Under the pieces are notes generated by a model, which was given only the letters and a program-made list of their open reading frames with translations, was not told the origin of the DNA and made no database searches. Positions 13,492-28,900 of a stretch of DNA of 64,000 nucleotides are shown here, one piece after another (within the stretch, counting starts at the first letter, position 1; every line of letters begins with the position of its first letter). The DNA lies in NCBI GenBank assembly GCA_038496445.1, contig JALMLS010000179.1, positions 1-64,000 on the forward strand, in the 5' to 3' direction. The stretch is from Trichosphaerium sp. ATCC 40318. Lineage: Eukaryota; Protista; Tubulinea. The position numbers and the translations under genes are program-made.

Positions 13492-13793
13492 TTTGAGGCG
13501 TTATCCTTACCACAATAAAACGTACAACGCTGAGAACACCAACTGACGTTCACCAGCAACCTTTTTGTTTTTAACTGCTCTGACTGTTCGAGTCATTTCA
13601 AAGTCCCAACAGACAACAAAACCTCCCTGATAACGAGTATTGTCTCATCTCCCCCTGATTCAGAACCCTTGTGCAACATTGCCAATCGTTGAAAAATTAA
13701 CCTTTAAAATTATACGTCAGATGTCGTTTTACACGTACAAAACGGGCATTTCTTTACCAATAACACAAGAAGAACATCAATACCCAAGCTAAA

Positions 13794-16432
13794 ATGGCGG
13801 ATACAACACTATCAAGCGTTGAGTCCTCTAAACGGTACATCAGCGATCTAGTAACAAGCCTTAAACAGGATCCTGCCTGTATTGGAGAAGTAATAAAAGG
13901 TGTAACGAAACTTGCCAAAAAATCGGGTGAGTAACGTTACTTACATTACGCTCTAACTTTCCCCAGAAGCTAACAAGCTGGCATTGTGCAATGAACAATT
14001 ACTAAAAACACTATCCTCAGCGCTGTTCTTCAGTAGCCACCCAAGCATTGAAAAGAGACTGTCATCATTGCGAGTCGCTCTACTAAAATTCATCAATATC
14101 CTAATACGTCCGTCTTGCATCGTCTGTCACACTTGCTAACAAGCGCTAGAAGGTAATGAAGAGGCTTTTGAAATACTCAAAGGAGCAAATGTCATTTCCA
14201 ACATCATCAGCCAACTGCGATCCTTCAATGACGCCAATGACGACAAAAAAACGCGACGAAGCGATACACCAGATATTCAGACAACTACAGCCATGTGCAA
14301 AACGTTACTAGGTACAACAAAAACATAGTACCAACATATCAGTTGTACTAATTTTTTCGCTGTAGCACTTTGTGAGAGTAGTCTCAGCAAACATATAATA
14401 GATAACAGTGGTGTACGAGTCCTTTTGTTCGTAATTTTAGCTCAACCAGAGGAGCATGTGTTGGGCGTAGTAGCACTGAAAGGTGACACATTAAAGTGAT
14501 AATTATCTTTTCTTATTTTTTCTTTCAGCGATTAAATCTCTACTCTCTCAAGATGCGAGTTATGTGATTGAAAATAGACCCGTAACTTTCGTTGAGCTCC
14601 GAAGAGCGTTTTTGACTTCTTCATTCTCATTGAAGCAACTACAGAAAAAACTAGATTCAAAGAAGGATCAGCAGAAAATTATTCTTATCAACAAAAAGAT
14701 TTCACTCGTGAGCGATATTCTCGTTTATCTCAAACTTGATTGCTACTGTGGCGATGAAAAGGGTGCTATAACTCTATCTGATAATATCAACGCCATGAAT
14801 GATGCATTTTTGGTGCTTCTTAGCCACAGTGCCGGTTTAAAGAAATCTGCTTTGAAGTACATAAAGAAAAATTGGCAACCAGGCTATCTCAGTTTGTGTA
14901 TGGATGCTATACACGTGAGCGAGTACGTAGAACGTGCACACAAGTCCCCTTTACTCATTTTTTTTTAGGTGGTGCTCTTCATACGCTGCAGGACCTTTGT
15001 ATCCTATAATGTGGTCTAAAACGGCAAGTCAGAAACTATGCTGTTAAAATTGTTATCACGAGTATTAATTAATATTCTCTTTAGGGCAAGACGCTCAACA
15101 GTAACGAAGAGTGGTACCAGTACCTATGGTCAAAGAACTTGAAACCTCCTCAAGGATATGCAACGTTTAAAAAGAGACTATACTCGCTCCTTGATGTAAA
15201 CTTTACAAAGTACTTCTCAGAAGACAGAATGGCTACAGCCAAAATACGCTTGGATGAAATTGTATGGGGTGGTGTTAAGCAAGATGGTATACCTCCACTT
15301 CGAAATCCAAAAATGATATCTGTTGAAGAAACAACAAGCGAGGTACGAAAAAACTACAAAAAAAACCCAAACAGACAGCTTACTTCTTCTACAGGGCAAA
15401 ATGGGAAAAGACAACGTTTGCTTTGCGATTGAAATTAACGGTGATGTGAGATGTTATCCTAAAAGGATACTAGCTTGGCATGAGATGTTTGTTGACACAG
15501 TAAGTTCTAAAGAAACAAGACGTCAAAGTATTAACTCAATAATTAGGTTGGTGGAGTTCCAGTCTGTGGCGTTTATTGCACACTTTGTGGTACTGTCATT
15601 ATATACGAAACAACCGACCAAAACGGTATCAACCACGCAATGGGGACCTCTGGATTCCTTTATAGATCAAACAAACTGATGTATGACAAGGACACGCACT
15701 CAATGTGGAGTACACTTAAAGGAGAGCCTGTATTCGGACCTCTTGTTGGAAAAGTAGATCCAATGAAAAGACGTCCTGTAGTTACTACTACTTGGGGAGA
15801 ATGGATTGAAAGACACCCGGAATCTAAAGTGCTTTCCTTTAAAACTGGTCATTCTAGAGACTACAGAGAAGGCTCGGCGTACAAGATCTATTTTTCCTCG
15901 GATAAGTTGATGTTTACAGTAAAGGGTAAACGTGATGAGAGACTACTAAATAAGGACGAGGTACTCGTGCTTCTGTTTGATCACAATGCAAACTCATCGA
16001 TGGTACGAAAAAAATTTGGTTTTTATCAGTATCGCTTTGTTGATCTCTAATAATGTCTTGTAGGCTATAGCTAGCAAATTTCTTAGAAAGAACAAAGTAT
16101 ACTATAATTCAATACATGGACAAGACTTTGTTGTAGTGACGTATGTTTACTAGAAAAACGTGACTATATTTTAGTGATTGATTGTATTTAGAGATTCGTC
16201 TGGAGCTCACAGAGTGTTTAACGCTGGAGATGGTACTTTTGGAGGCACTACTAAGTTTATCAGCTATGATAGCGACTCTAAGCTAAAAGATCAGCACAAT
16301 AATATTTGGATTATGAACGAAGAAAATCTAGAATCTAAGATTGTTGGTAAAACACTAAAGAGACTACCATCACATAACGCATTTTGGTTCGGATGGCATG
16401 CCGCTAATGAAAATGTTGAGCTCATTGTGTAA
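13794..16432 (+). CDS. DUF3179-family domain fused to an N-terminal helical (ARM-like) region, spliced
   Basis: IVWGGVKQDGIPPL, YPKRILAWHEM, YCTLCGT, GTSGFLYRSNKLMYD, AFWFGW. Continuity with the N-terminal exons is inferred. Confidence 0.7.
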
Positions 16433-16911
16433 GATCCTATACTCTTGTATAAAGTGTAAATACTTGTGAATAAAGTACGGGAGAGATCCTTTCATTTTTA
16501 TCAAATAATTCGTGACTATTGGAAATACAACTTATTTTTGGAGTTCTTTTGCTATTGAATTATAATTCAAATTAGTTTGTTGTAACTTTTGCAACGATAA
16601 CCTTTAAAAAGGCGAAACAACTTTTACACTTTTTTTACATTTCACAGTTGTCGTTTTACATTTCTTAGGATGAAACCTCGCATTAACTGATTATTTCAAT
16701 ACCATTGTACTCGTAGCCACATCACTCACGTAATGTAAATTGGTGATAAACTTTTTGGAGGGAACAATGTCTGCACAAAAAAAAAATCTGACATTTTCTT
16801 TGGTTTGTCTAAAATTATTCAGTTTTCGTTCCGCCAGGCGTCAAACGCATCTACTCCTCTTCTCTAGGCTTAAGCGTGGTTTCGCGTAACATTTAACGCA
16901 ATATTGCCGCA

Positions 16912-19900
16912 ATGGCTAGTTTCGTGTTCAACTTGAGAAGCGCCATAGAAGAAATAGCTCTGGAGAAGCAGCAATGCCAAACTGGGCTCGAAACTCTACT
17001 AAAAACAAGAGTACGCATTTCTAGCATATTTCGCAAGCGATTTTAGGTGTATTTACAGTTTTACGGTTATATTTTGCAAATTGTATCGTTTTTCTCATCT
17101 TCCTAACAAAATCGCGTCTTTAAATGTCAAACCAAGTGTTATTTCACCACAGTGACCACACGTCCTCATTCTCTTCTCTATAGCAATGGGAACATCAACA
17201 CCGACAAGACGCGCTTTCTATAGCTTGCAAATGGTTGCTCTTTCCGAAGTTAACCATCTTCATTGCTATAAAACTACTACCACTACTGCCAGGTACGCTT
17301 ACGAACTTGTTTTTGTTTTTTGTTCTTCCTTATTTACTCGCTTTAGAACTCATAGCTCGTATCGCCAACGAGAATGGGCTACAAGGTGTGCCTGAGGATG
17401 CCAGCGTTAGACATGCGCTCATTTGTTGCGCTTTTTCAAAAGTCATTAGCCTAGCCCCTCATCTACGGCTCAGCATACTGAAGTTCTTTACGGATCGTCA
17501 ATCTATTTTAGATCCAATCGAAAGCCTCAAACGCAGAGGCGACAATGTACGCACCAGCTACCGCATTTCAGCTTTTAACCTTTGAAAAACTTTCTCATTC
17601 TTGTTTTCCTTCTCAACTTTTCAAAGAGTCTTTTTGCTCGTTATGTTTAGTGTCGATGTGCTTATTACTATTAGGCAATGGCATTAGAGCTAGTTAAAGC
17701 AGCCTACCGATTTTTAAAATTTTCAGTGGAAGACTTCAAACCTCTTTGGAACTGGAGTCCATTGTTCACTCTCCTCGGTGATGCCTCAGGCGATATTTCA
17801 CAAGAAATAAAGGCTTTCGTAGCACAGTGCTTGGTCATAATCTACGACGTGAAAGAATCGCGTATCGAAGAAAATGCAGAGTATAAGATGCACCTCAGAT
17901 CGGACGTTATTTTAAGGTACGTGGAGTTGTTCTACTCCTTTAGTTTTTTTTGAATTTGGCCGTTTTAATATGATGAGACAAAACTTGTTCTTGATACCCG
18001 TGAGAGATATTCATCTCATTCATCCATCTGAAGAAAAAAAACCAAACTAGACTTTTTCTCTTTTGCTTTTTTTCGAGCACGTCATTGATAGTTGTCCTTA
18101 GATTCGACGAGGCTCAAGCAGAAAGCCTTCGCCTATTTTACGCTGGCGTAGGCGGTGATCATTACACGACATATAACGAGAAGGGCGATCGCGGCCAATA
18201 TATCACAGCCGATGATTTGAGCCCTTCTCTTGTCGATGTATGTTCATTCTTACTGCCAAAGAAAAACTCAACCTATGTACCTCTACGTATGGTTGAGACG
18301 CCAACTTTCGAGAAAAACTTAAAAGGTACGTATTAAGCAACCTTCAAAACGAAAATCTCTGCCTTTTTTCTCAAAAGCTTTATTTTTTTTGTTCAAGAAC
18401 CTAAAACCCTTTCCTGTTCTAAACCCTTGTTAGGCCTTGCCCTCGCTATTTGCCGTGGCAACCCAATTTTGTTGCAAGGTGTCACTGGGTCTGGTAAAAC
18501 AGCCCTTATTGACCACGCTGCATCACTTACAGGGAACTACAAGGACCTTATTAAACTCCATCTCGGCGACCAAAGCGATCCAAAAGTACTTTTGGGTACT
18601 TATATTTGCACCGATATTCCGGGTGAATTTCGTTGGATCGCCGGCGCTCTTACACAAGCCGTTGCTGAAGGGCGGTGGATAGTAATAGAAGATATTGACT
18701 TGGCACCACCAGAGGTTTTGTCTGTCCTTATCCCTTTACTTGAGCGTCGTCAGCTCTTCATTCCTGGACGTGGCGATACTATTGCTGCAGCACCTGGCTT
18801 TCAGATATTTGCTACGCAAACACTAAGAAATGCTCAGGCAGGCACAGCACGCACTCAAAATGGTACGTACCTTTTTTTTTGTGAACTCTTTTTATTTGAA
18901 AAAGTGCCACGGATAAAATTCCTGTGGTGTCATGTAAAGGCATGGCAGGGCCGCAATCTGTGGAAAATCAAGTTTTTTCTCATGGGTGCCGTTAACGCGG
19001 TCGGGTGCTACACTCTTATTGTGGTTCTCAACACTCAAAAGACGAACATTTTAAATTTTTCTCACAAAACGAAACTGCCGTTTCCTTATCGTACGGGTCT
19101 TTTCTTACTCCTACCAGCTGAACTACTTGGCAACTACTGGACTAAAGTAGTCATTGATCCTTTAACAAGCGATGAACTCTCCCTCGTACTCCTTGAAAGG
19201 TTCCCAGACTTGAAGAAACTCATACCTACAATAATCGAAACTTTTGAACTTTTAAAGTCAGGTGAATCGTCAGAGACTGAGCACCTCCAAAACAGACTTG
19301 CTCGAATGGGTAGATACATATCCACTAGGTACGTATAACCAAACAAGTCTTTACCTCTCTACAAAATCTTGCAAATACACCACATGATTAAAAAACTTTA
19401 CTACTACTCCTGAGGACCGTGATTACTCATTTTATCACCAAGATCTCTGAGGTTATAACTCAACAAAAAATCTTTTTTTAACAGCGTCAGTGCTTCAGTA
19501 CACTCACACTTTTTGCTTCCGTAGGGATGTCACCAAATGGTGTAAGCGTATAAATACTTCAGTATCAGATGTATCGCTCACAAACCACATCAGCTCTCAT
19601 TTACGGGAACTCGCTTTTCGTGAAGCCCGTGATTGCTTTTGTTCTGCTGTGTCTGATATAGAAATACGCATAGAGATGGGCCACATGATTGGCCGTGCCT
19701 GGGGGATATCCAAGGACAGAGTCAACTATTACTGGCATCACCACTCACCTTCTAATATGACGACTACTACAGTCTTTCGTATTGGTCGTGTGTCGTTGCC
19801 TAGACATCATATTCGAGAGAGAATCGGCACTGAAGGCCAGACTTTTGTTTACGGTCGTTGGAGTGCTGAAATGATGGAACGTCTCGCACAATCTGTTGCA

Positions 19901-22900
19901 CATAACGAACCTGTATTACTCATTGGAGAGACAGGAACAGGAAAGACTAGAACGATACAGAATCTAGCAACATCCTGTAACTACAACCTACGCGTTATTG
20001 TACGTTTGAGAAAAAAATTAATCCCTTTCTTGCGTTTTTCTCACTTTTTCTCTTAGAATATGAATCAACAGAGCGATAGCGCTGATCTATTGGGTGGTTT
20101 TAAACCAGTACAGATTCGTCTAATCTGTGCTCCTTTATACCGCAAATTCGTCACTCTCTTTAATAAAACGTTTTCAAAGAGAGCCAATAAGTACGTTATT
20201 CTACTCTCAAATTGCGTTACAATATGCTTACGCATCCTGCAGAGATTTCTTGGACAAAGTCGCCGAGCATTTTGGAAACAAGAGCTGGCGTAAGCTAGTC
20301 TTGATCTTAAAGCACGCTATGACGATCGTTGATAAGAAAATCAATGATAGCAATAAACGTGAGGTCGGTTCTGGAAGCCCTAACAAAAAAAACAAGAGAG
20401 TTAGCCCAGAACTCATCCAGAAATGGGAGAACTTTCGTGCTCAACTTTCAAAGTTCGAGATGCAACACGACAAGATTAAAAACACATTTGCATTCGCCTT
20501 TGTTGAGGGTGCACTCGTGAAAGCCGTACAAAACGGCGAATGGGTACTACTCGATGAAATTAACTTGGCATCAGCAGAAACATTAGAGGTACGATATCTT
20601 GACTCTTTCTTAAATGTCAGTGTACTTACCATCTCCTTTAGAGCCTTAGTGGTTTGCTTGAAGGTAACTCCATAACCTTGACTGAGCGTGGTGATATCGT
20701 ACCCATCAAGAGACACGATAACTTCAGGTTATTCGCATGTATGAACCCAGCTAATGATATTGGCAAGAAAGAGCTTCCACCTGGCTTACGTAATCGTTTT
20801 ACTGAGTTCTATGTTGATGAACTGGAAGATAAGGATGATTTACGCGCTATCGCAAATTCTTTCCTTTCCACTATCAACGGTGTTCCTTCAAACGCCATCG
20901 ACGCTGTTGTCGACTTTTACTTGGCGTCCAGGAAGAAAGCACCAGAACTAACTGATGGTGCTAATCAAAGACCTCATTACAGTCTACGTACATTCGCACG
21001 TATGTTGGAGTACACAGTACTATCACAACAGAGTGTAGGATGGCTAAAGGCGCTTTATGAAGGTGAGTTTTTTCTTTGTGATTTTTTTTTGAAAACTCAG
21101 ACATATGATTACAAAAAACAAACCTTTAAGACGGGATGTCTGATTTTAAGTGATTGTACTTTTTTTATGAAGTCTCTACAAGAAACGAAAATTCTTGTTT
21201 TGTTGCTTTTTTTCAACTCTTCTCCCTTTCGTCGTTTCCACATTCTGAAGATTTTAAATAGGTGCTATGATGAGTTTCTTGACCATGCTTAACGCTGAGA
21301 GTTACTCAAAGATGAATAAGCTGATCGACAGTGTATTCGAACCTCTTTCTACCAATGAAGCGTCTCTTGACAGAAAACCGAAAAAACCAAAGGACGGAGA
21401 TTTTGTTCAAGTTGACCAGTTTTGGATCAAAAAGGGGAAATTTACACCTCATAAAGATCAGAACTATATCTTGACTCCCTCAATTTTACGTCATCTTAAT
21501 GAGCTCGCACGTGTTGTGTCTGTCAACAAGTACCCCGTATTACTTCAAGGACCAACATCGAGTGGTAAAACGTCCATGATTGAGTACCTTGCAAATTGCA
21601 CTGGTAATCGTATGGTTCGTATTAACAACCACGAACATACGGATATTCAAGAGTACCTTGGTACTTACCGTACAGCTCAAGATGGTAAACTCATATGGAA
21701 CAACGGTATCCTTGTGGAAGCTCTTAAGAACGGCTACTGGGTTGTTCTTGATGAACTTAATCTGGCGCCTTCTGAAGTTCTTGAAGCGCTTAATCGTTTG
21801 CTTGATGACAACCGAGAATTGTTCATTCCAGAGACACAAGAGACGATCAAACCTCATCCTGACTTTGCCTTGTTTGCAACTCAGAATCCTCCTGGTGTAT
21901 ACGGTGGACGTAAAGTTCTTTCAAGAGCCTTCAGGAATCGATTTTTGGAGCTTCACTTTGATGATATTCCTGACACAGATCTTCGAGAAATTTTAAGAAA
22001 GAGATGTGGTATCCCTAATACTCACGCAAAGAAACTTGTGGACGTCATGAAGGAGCTTCAGAGACAGCGTCAAAGTAGTAGATTGTTTGCTGGTAAGCAT
22101 GGGTTTATTACTTTGCGTGATTTGTTTCGTTGGGCTGAGCGCCACCCTCGGAATACACAGTACGTTTCGCTAAACATTTTTTGAAGATTTTTTTTTTCTG
22201 TTTTCGCAATGATGCCTGGCGTACCTTTGCGTATGCCGCCCCAGTCATAAGGTCTGTTGACGAGAACACTCCCACTCTTAGCATAAACCAAAAAAACAAA
22301 CTCTTTTCTTTTTTTGAGCTTGTTGAGACTCACGTTTTAATAAGGGAATTGGCTGAAGAAGGATATGTTCTATTAGCTGAGCGGTTACGAAAAGACGAAG
22401 AAAAAGTAATAGTTAAGGTACTTATTCGATAACCTCTGTTTACTCTTTCTTTTTTTGAACCTAAAACCATAAAATGATTAACGAGCTTTACGCTCGGCGA
22501 ACTGCTGAAATTCTGTGAGCACAAGAACTTGATCTGATTTATAAACATGTCAACCTATTTCCTTACCTTACCGCGAAAAGCATCAGTACCAATACTCATC
22601 GCTATTCTAGGGTTGTATCGAGAAAATCATGAAAGTCAAAATTGACACTGACAATCTCTACAATTGGGATGTTAACCCACGCTTAAAGCCACTCAAGGCA
22701 TTAGCGCTTACTGCAACAGAAGCCCTTGGCTTCAGGATCGTGTGGACTCACGCAATGAGGCGTTTGTTTACACTTGTAGGACGTTGTGTCCGCTTTAAGG
22801 TACCACAGTTTTCCTTCTTGATAAATTTACTTTTTCAACCCACGGGATATCCAGCTCCCCTACTTGACAGTATTTTGAGTCATGAGGGGCGTTAATATGC

Positions 22901-25900
22901 CCAAAATCTAAGAAAAAACAAATCTTGTTTTTTGCATTCTTGTCTTCATTGTTCTTAGTACTAAAGTACTTTGATAGGAACCAGTAATGCTTGTTGGCGA
23001 TACTGGTACTGGTAAAACAACTGTTGTACAGTTATGGAGCTATATCCTCGGTCAGCACTTGCACATGGTGAACTGTCACCAGCACACTGAAACAAGTGAC
23101 TTTTTGGGTGGTGTAAGACCAGTTCGTGGTAAAGAAGCCATCGCAGAAGAACTTGATGGCTTACTTCGCTCATTCTTCCAACACGCAACATTTTTCGACG
23201 GCGTAGAGAAAGTTCTCGCTGATTACGATAATGTTGTGATTAAGGATAAGATGATGGTCTGGGAAGCTTCTGAAAAAGAAATCATTACTGTTGTCAACAC
23301 AGGAAAGGCTCAAGAAGCCATAGATCCTTCACAGCTCCCTTTCCTGCTGGTACGCTAGATTTTACGATCTTTATGTTCGAAAGTATTGACTTTTATCGTA
23401 GAGCTTGTCCACCGAGATAAGGCGATTGTATCATCAGTACATATCTCTTTTCTTATGGTATGATGGTCCTCTTGTTACTGCAATGAAACGTGGTGACTTG
23501 TTCCTCATTGATGAGATTTCTCTCGCTGAGGACGCCGTTTTGGAACGTATTAACTCTGTTCTTGAACCAAGTCGTCTTTTGGTTCTTGCTGAGAAGAGTA
23601 CTGTTGAGATTGAAGAACTTGTAGCTCACTCTGACTTCCGTATCTTTGCTACTATGAATCCTGGTGGTGATTTCGGAAAGAAAGAGCTGTCTCCTGCTCT
23701 ATCTAACAGGTTCACTTCTATTTGGGTTCCTCAGATATCTTCAAAAGAAGATTTATCTCAAATCATCCAAGAACGCTTTGCAACAAAAGATCTTGCTGAA
23801 AACTGGACTTCTCCTGTTCTCGAGTTTGTTATGTGGTGGGCAGAAATGCAAAATATCTCCGCTATCAGTCTACGCGATGTACTCGCTTGGGTTGGCTTTA
23901 TGAACAAGAGTTCTTCCTGGCTTGGTAACGCTAAGGCATACGTCCATGGCGCGTGCTTAGTACTACTCGATGGCTTGGGTATTACTCACCCATTACGTGT
24001 TGATGAGTTGAAAGAAGGCGCATTGAAGTTCATGCTTGGTACGCGATTTTTTTCTGAAATTTGGCTTTTTTTTTCTTGCATTTTTTTTTCCTTCTTGATC
24101 CGGCAGACACTCCTTGGTCTTTGTTAAGTAGTTAACTACATCGTACTTCCGTCTTCCCGGAAATTAAATTTCAGCCTGAGAAAAAACACCTCACGACCTT
24201 ACACTAGATGGTCATGAGACACCTGTCCTTAAGGCAAATTTTCGAAAAACTAAAAAACAAGCAAAGAAGAAAAGAAATTTCTTTCCTAAGACTTCTCTTT
24301 TTATTGATTGTTTTTATAGACCGCATACCAAAGAACTTTAGAGATGAAGCTAGACAGCTTGTTCTACACTCTACCATCGAAGAAAGACCAAAGAACACCA
24401 AACAAAGGTTCTCTATCGGAGAGTTCTGGATTGGTAAAGGAAAAGGAAGCACTAAAGGCCAGAGTTACGCCTTGGATGCACCTACAACAGCAACGAATGT
24501 AATGAGACTCCTACGTGCCATGCAGCTTGATAAACCTGTTCTACTCGAAGGTAGCCCTGGTGTAGGTAAAACAAGTCTTGTTGCAGCTGTTGGCGCTGCT
24601 GCTAATATGATTGTTCGACGTATCAATTTATCTGATCAAACTGATATTATTGACTTGTTGGGACAAGATCTACCTTCTGAGGACCCTGAACAACCTGGTT
24701 TCTCATGGCGTGATGGTATTTTCCTTCAAGGTTTAAAAGCCGGTGATTGGATACTACTTGATGAAATGAACCTTGCTTCACAATCAGTTTTGGAAGGTCT
24801 TAACGCAGTGCTTGATCATCGTCAAGAAGTTTTCATTCCTGAACTTGGACGTACATTTAAATGTCCTTCTTCCTTCAAGATATTCGCTTGTCAGAATCCT
24901 ACTGGACAAGGAGGAGGTCGTAAAGGATTACCTAAATCGTTCCTAAACAGATTCACAAAGGTAAGCGCTTTGCGCTCAAAATCCAACTAAAACCACCTCT
25001 TCTAACTCTTTTTTACAGGTCTATGTCGATAAATTCACGTCTGAAGATCTTCTCTTCATTGCAAGTGCACTTCATCCTAATATCGATAGTGAAACGCTTA
25101 AATCCATGATAACTTTCAATGATGCTATGCATCACGAGTCAATGGTTCTTTGTAGTTTTGCTAGAAAAGGAAGTCCTTGGGAGTTTAATCTTCGTGATAT
25201 TCTACGTTGGTGTAAACTCATTGATGAAAGCCCTAATAAGTCACCTGGCTTGTGGGTTGACTTGATGTACCTTCAACGTCTTCGTGAACCTGAAGATAGA
25301 GTATTTGCATCAGAACTCTATGAGAAGACTTTTGGTGAACCTCCTCTTGTTTATAAGGCTCCTTACTATCACGTAACGCCTACAACACTTCAAGTTGGCC
25401 GTTCTACTATCGAGAGAAGTCCTGATGCATCATTTTTGCCTTCATACGACACTCTCTTACTCAAGGTAAAGTTTTTCTCAGGCTGTCTTTTAACTTACTT
25501 CTTTTTATAGAATCTATCGCCAGCACTTCAACACGTCATTAAATGCGTTGATATGAACTGGATGGTCATATTGAATGGACCTACAGCGTCTGGAAAGACT
25601 ATGCTCGTGAGAATGTTGAGTAAGCTCGCTGGCAAGAAACTTCATCACTTTGCTGTGAACAGAGCTGTAGATACAACAGATCTTCTTGGATCTTTCGAGC
25701 AAATCGACTTGATGCGCCATAAACAAATTGTTTTGGATCGTATTGAGAGTTTGATCACTCAAACAACTCAAGCGCTTCTATTCGCTTCAGATGACGCTGC
25801 TAGAGCTTTGGAAGCTGGCAGAGATATTCATTGTCGCTGGCATCTTATCTCCAAGTTCAGAAATGCTCAAGGAGACGACAGTACACTATCTGGAGCCTTC

Positions 25901-28900
25901 ACAGCTGAGCAATACCGTGTCGTTCTACAACTCTTGGCTTTTGTCACAAAAATAACTGCCGAGTTCAACCTACAGCTTGATGATCCTTCTCTTACTGCAG
26001 AGGCAATGGAAACTGCTTTGGATGAGTTGAAGCATCTAGAAAAACAATCTGTCACAGGATGTTTTGAATGGATTGATGGTTTATTGCTTAACGTACGATT
26101 TCTTCGAAGTTTGCTTTTTTGGTTTTTGACTTTTATCGTACTTACTTTCTTTTTCAGGCTCTTGAACGAGGTGAATGGGTTGTATTGGATAATGTCAACT
26201 TATGTCCAGCTTCTGTGCTTGACAGACTCAATCCTCTACTTGAACCAAACGGATCTTTGATTGTTAATGAAAGAGGATTGCTTGACGGAAATGTATACAC
26301 TGTCAGCCCTCATAAAGACTTCAGACTATTCTTGGTAATGGATCCTAAACATGGTGACATTTCAAGAGCCATGCGTAATCGTGGTATCGAAATTTCTTTG
26401 TTTGACTTGCCTGTTGGTTCATCTGACATGCTTGCCTTACTTGGACAACTCGGTATTCCTGACACTATCGGTAAAGCCATGGTGAAGTTCCACAAAGACT
26501 GTGGAGAAAAGCTTGGTATTCTAGAGTCAGCAATGTCCATAAGAGACCTCCTTCGATGGTACGATCTCTTCGCCCCTTTTTTTTTGTTATTTTTTCTGAT
26601 AGTCTTCTTCAGGGGCGACCTTGCTATTGAACAGTTGCGTCGTGGTATGGATTTTGAGCCTAGTTTTATCTTAGCTATGACTCAAGTCTACGGCCGACTT
26701 GTATCTTCTCAAGACCAACAAACTCTTCTACAACAAGTTTTCTTGGACGCTTGTGGTTCACTGGATGGCACTGACCTACAAAAAGGTGTCATTCAAGGAC
26801 TAGACAAGTGTACCATCGAAACAAGCAGTGTTCGCGCAACAGTTAAGCGACAATCCCAACTGTTCTCTTGGCTTCTCGAGAAATTGCCATCAATGGAAGA
26901 CGAATACAAAGAACTCACCAACAGCCTTGTCACATTCTCTGCAATGTACTACGCTATTAACAGTACACCTGAAGACATTGATTTACGTATGACTTGGCTC
27001 GAGATAATCGGTGATAAAGAAGATGTTTCAGAGGATATTATCGGTTTCCTACAGCGCATGTTGTCTTTCTTATTTGAACATCCTTTGATTCAAATGACTC
27101 AAGACCAACTCGCTACAATATCTCACCATGTCTCTATTGACTTGACATACCAGCCTATTGATCTCTCGAGGAATGAACCTCTCTTCGATAGATTGAATGA
27201 AGCTGTTGAAGCAAGTGATTCATCAGAGGATATCAAGGCATTGTGGAAGTGTTGTCGAACTGCTATGCGATGCGCTCATCTTTTGCCAATGATCTTCCTT
27301 CATAATGAGGTTGAGCAAGAAGCTTATAGCTCTAATACGATGGGATCTGCGAAGTCTAAATTGATTGAGCAAGCCTGGGCTTTTCATAAAAAGAAGCTTT
27401 CTAGAAGAGTATTGAAGCATCCTTGCATCGCCTTCTTGGTTCCTTACTTTACCTTGACAACAGAGTTCCTTCAAGAGATACTTCAAGACGAGAACGCAAC
27501 AATCACTGATGAAGTACTCCAAGTACTAGATATCCTATTACGTCTTCGCCACGAGTTCTGGCAGTCGTTTAATGTCATGACATTTGACTATAGTCGTACT
27601 TGTCTGTGGTGGCACTGGATAAAGAAGAATATGAACACTTTGCTTGAGAAAGCCAATATGATTGGTAGCTTGCCTACAGATTTGGTTACTATCATCGAAA
27701 AGGTCGAAGACGCTCTTGAGAGTGACGGAAAGGACTACAAATGGACGTTATGGAAACATTACGGACATCCTGTTATTCTACGACGTCCACGTCTCCGAGG
27801 AGTTCTTGACAAGTTGAAGTCTTTCGCCAACTCACTTTTGTTTGATACTTCAATACGTACGACATGTCATTACGGTATTCAAGTTCTAATCTCTTTTAGT
27901 GTTGAAAGACTCACGAGAGCACAGTATATTCTACATCACTGCTGACATCAAGAAAACTCTTGTTGAAGGTATATGTACTGTATTATGGCTTGATACGTTC
28001 GATCAACCTACAAGCGAGCATAAGGCTTTGATAGATAACCTTGAAAAGTTACCAAATGAACTTGAGGCTAAACTATTGAGTTTGAAGGATAAGAAACGTG
28101 AAGAGTGGGAGATTAGACTTTGGCCTATTTATGACCACACTTCTGTCTTGGCTGAGTTCCATGTTATCACTTCTTTGGTATCACTATCTCCTCTTGATCC
28201 TAGATACAACCCTGAGATAACACATGAACAACTTCGTACTATGTTAGGTAAGTACCACAACGTTTATTTTTTTCCTTTATTTTTTTTTCTTCAAAAACCA
28301 GTTTTTCGCAATGATGCCTGGCGTACCTTTGCGTATGCCGCCCCAGTCATAAGGTCTGTTGACGAGAACACTCCCACTCTTAGCACAAATCAAAAAACAA
28401 CAACATTCTTTTTGGAATTTGTTTGAGTAGCGATTCTGATTGCTTTACTAGGACCTATAAAGAAAATGGTTGATTATGCGATTGCCCACTCGTCAAGGTG
28501 TCCAACTGACTTCATCTTTTACCAATACCTTATATGGCATGTTGGTAAGGGTGTCGGTGAAGATACTGCGACTGTTGATAAAGCATTGCTTGTTAATATG
28601 TTGTCCGAACTCATCTTCTACTTCCAAACACGTTTATGGGATAATACGTTCAAAAGACCTGCTATATTTGCTCGTAAGATAGATGTACGTCTAAAACCGA
28701 TAATAATCGCTATACAACTTTATCAACCCACGGGATATCCAGCTCCCCTACTTGACAGTATTTTGAGTCATGAGGGGCGTTAATATGCCCAAAATCTAAG
28801 AAAAAAACCTCTAACTTTGGATTCTCTTTTTGACTTCAAAGAAACTGACGTGTTATTTTCAATAGGATTCAAAACGTCCTGAGGTGGTTCATAATACTAG

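Noticed and set aside
18863-19117. Stop-free 255-nt in-frame segment read as coding
   Set aside because: It has GT-AG ends, gives a non-midasin-like peptide and contains an H/ACA-like RNA, so it is treated as an intron.
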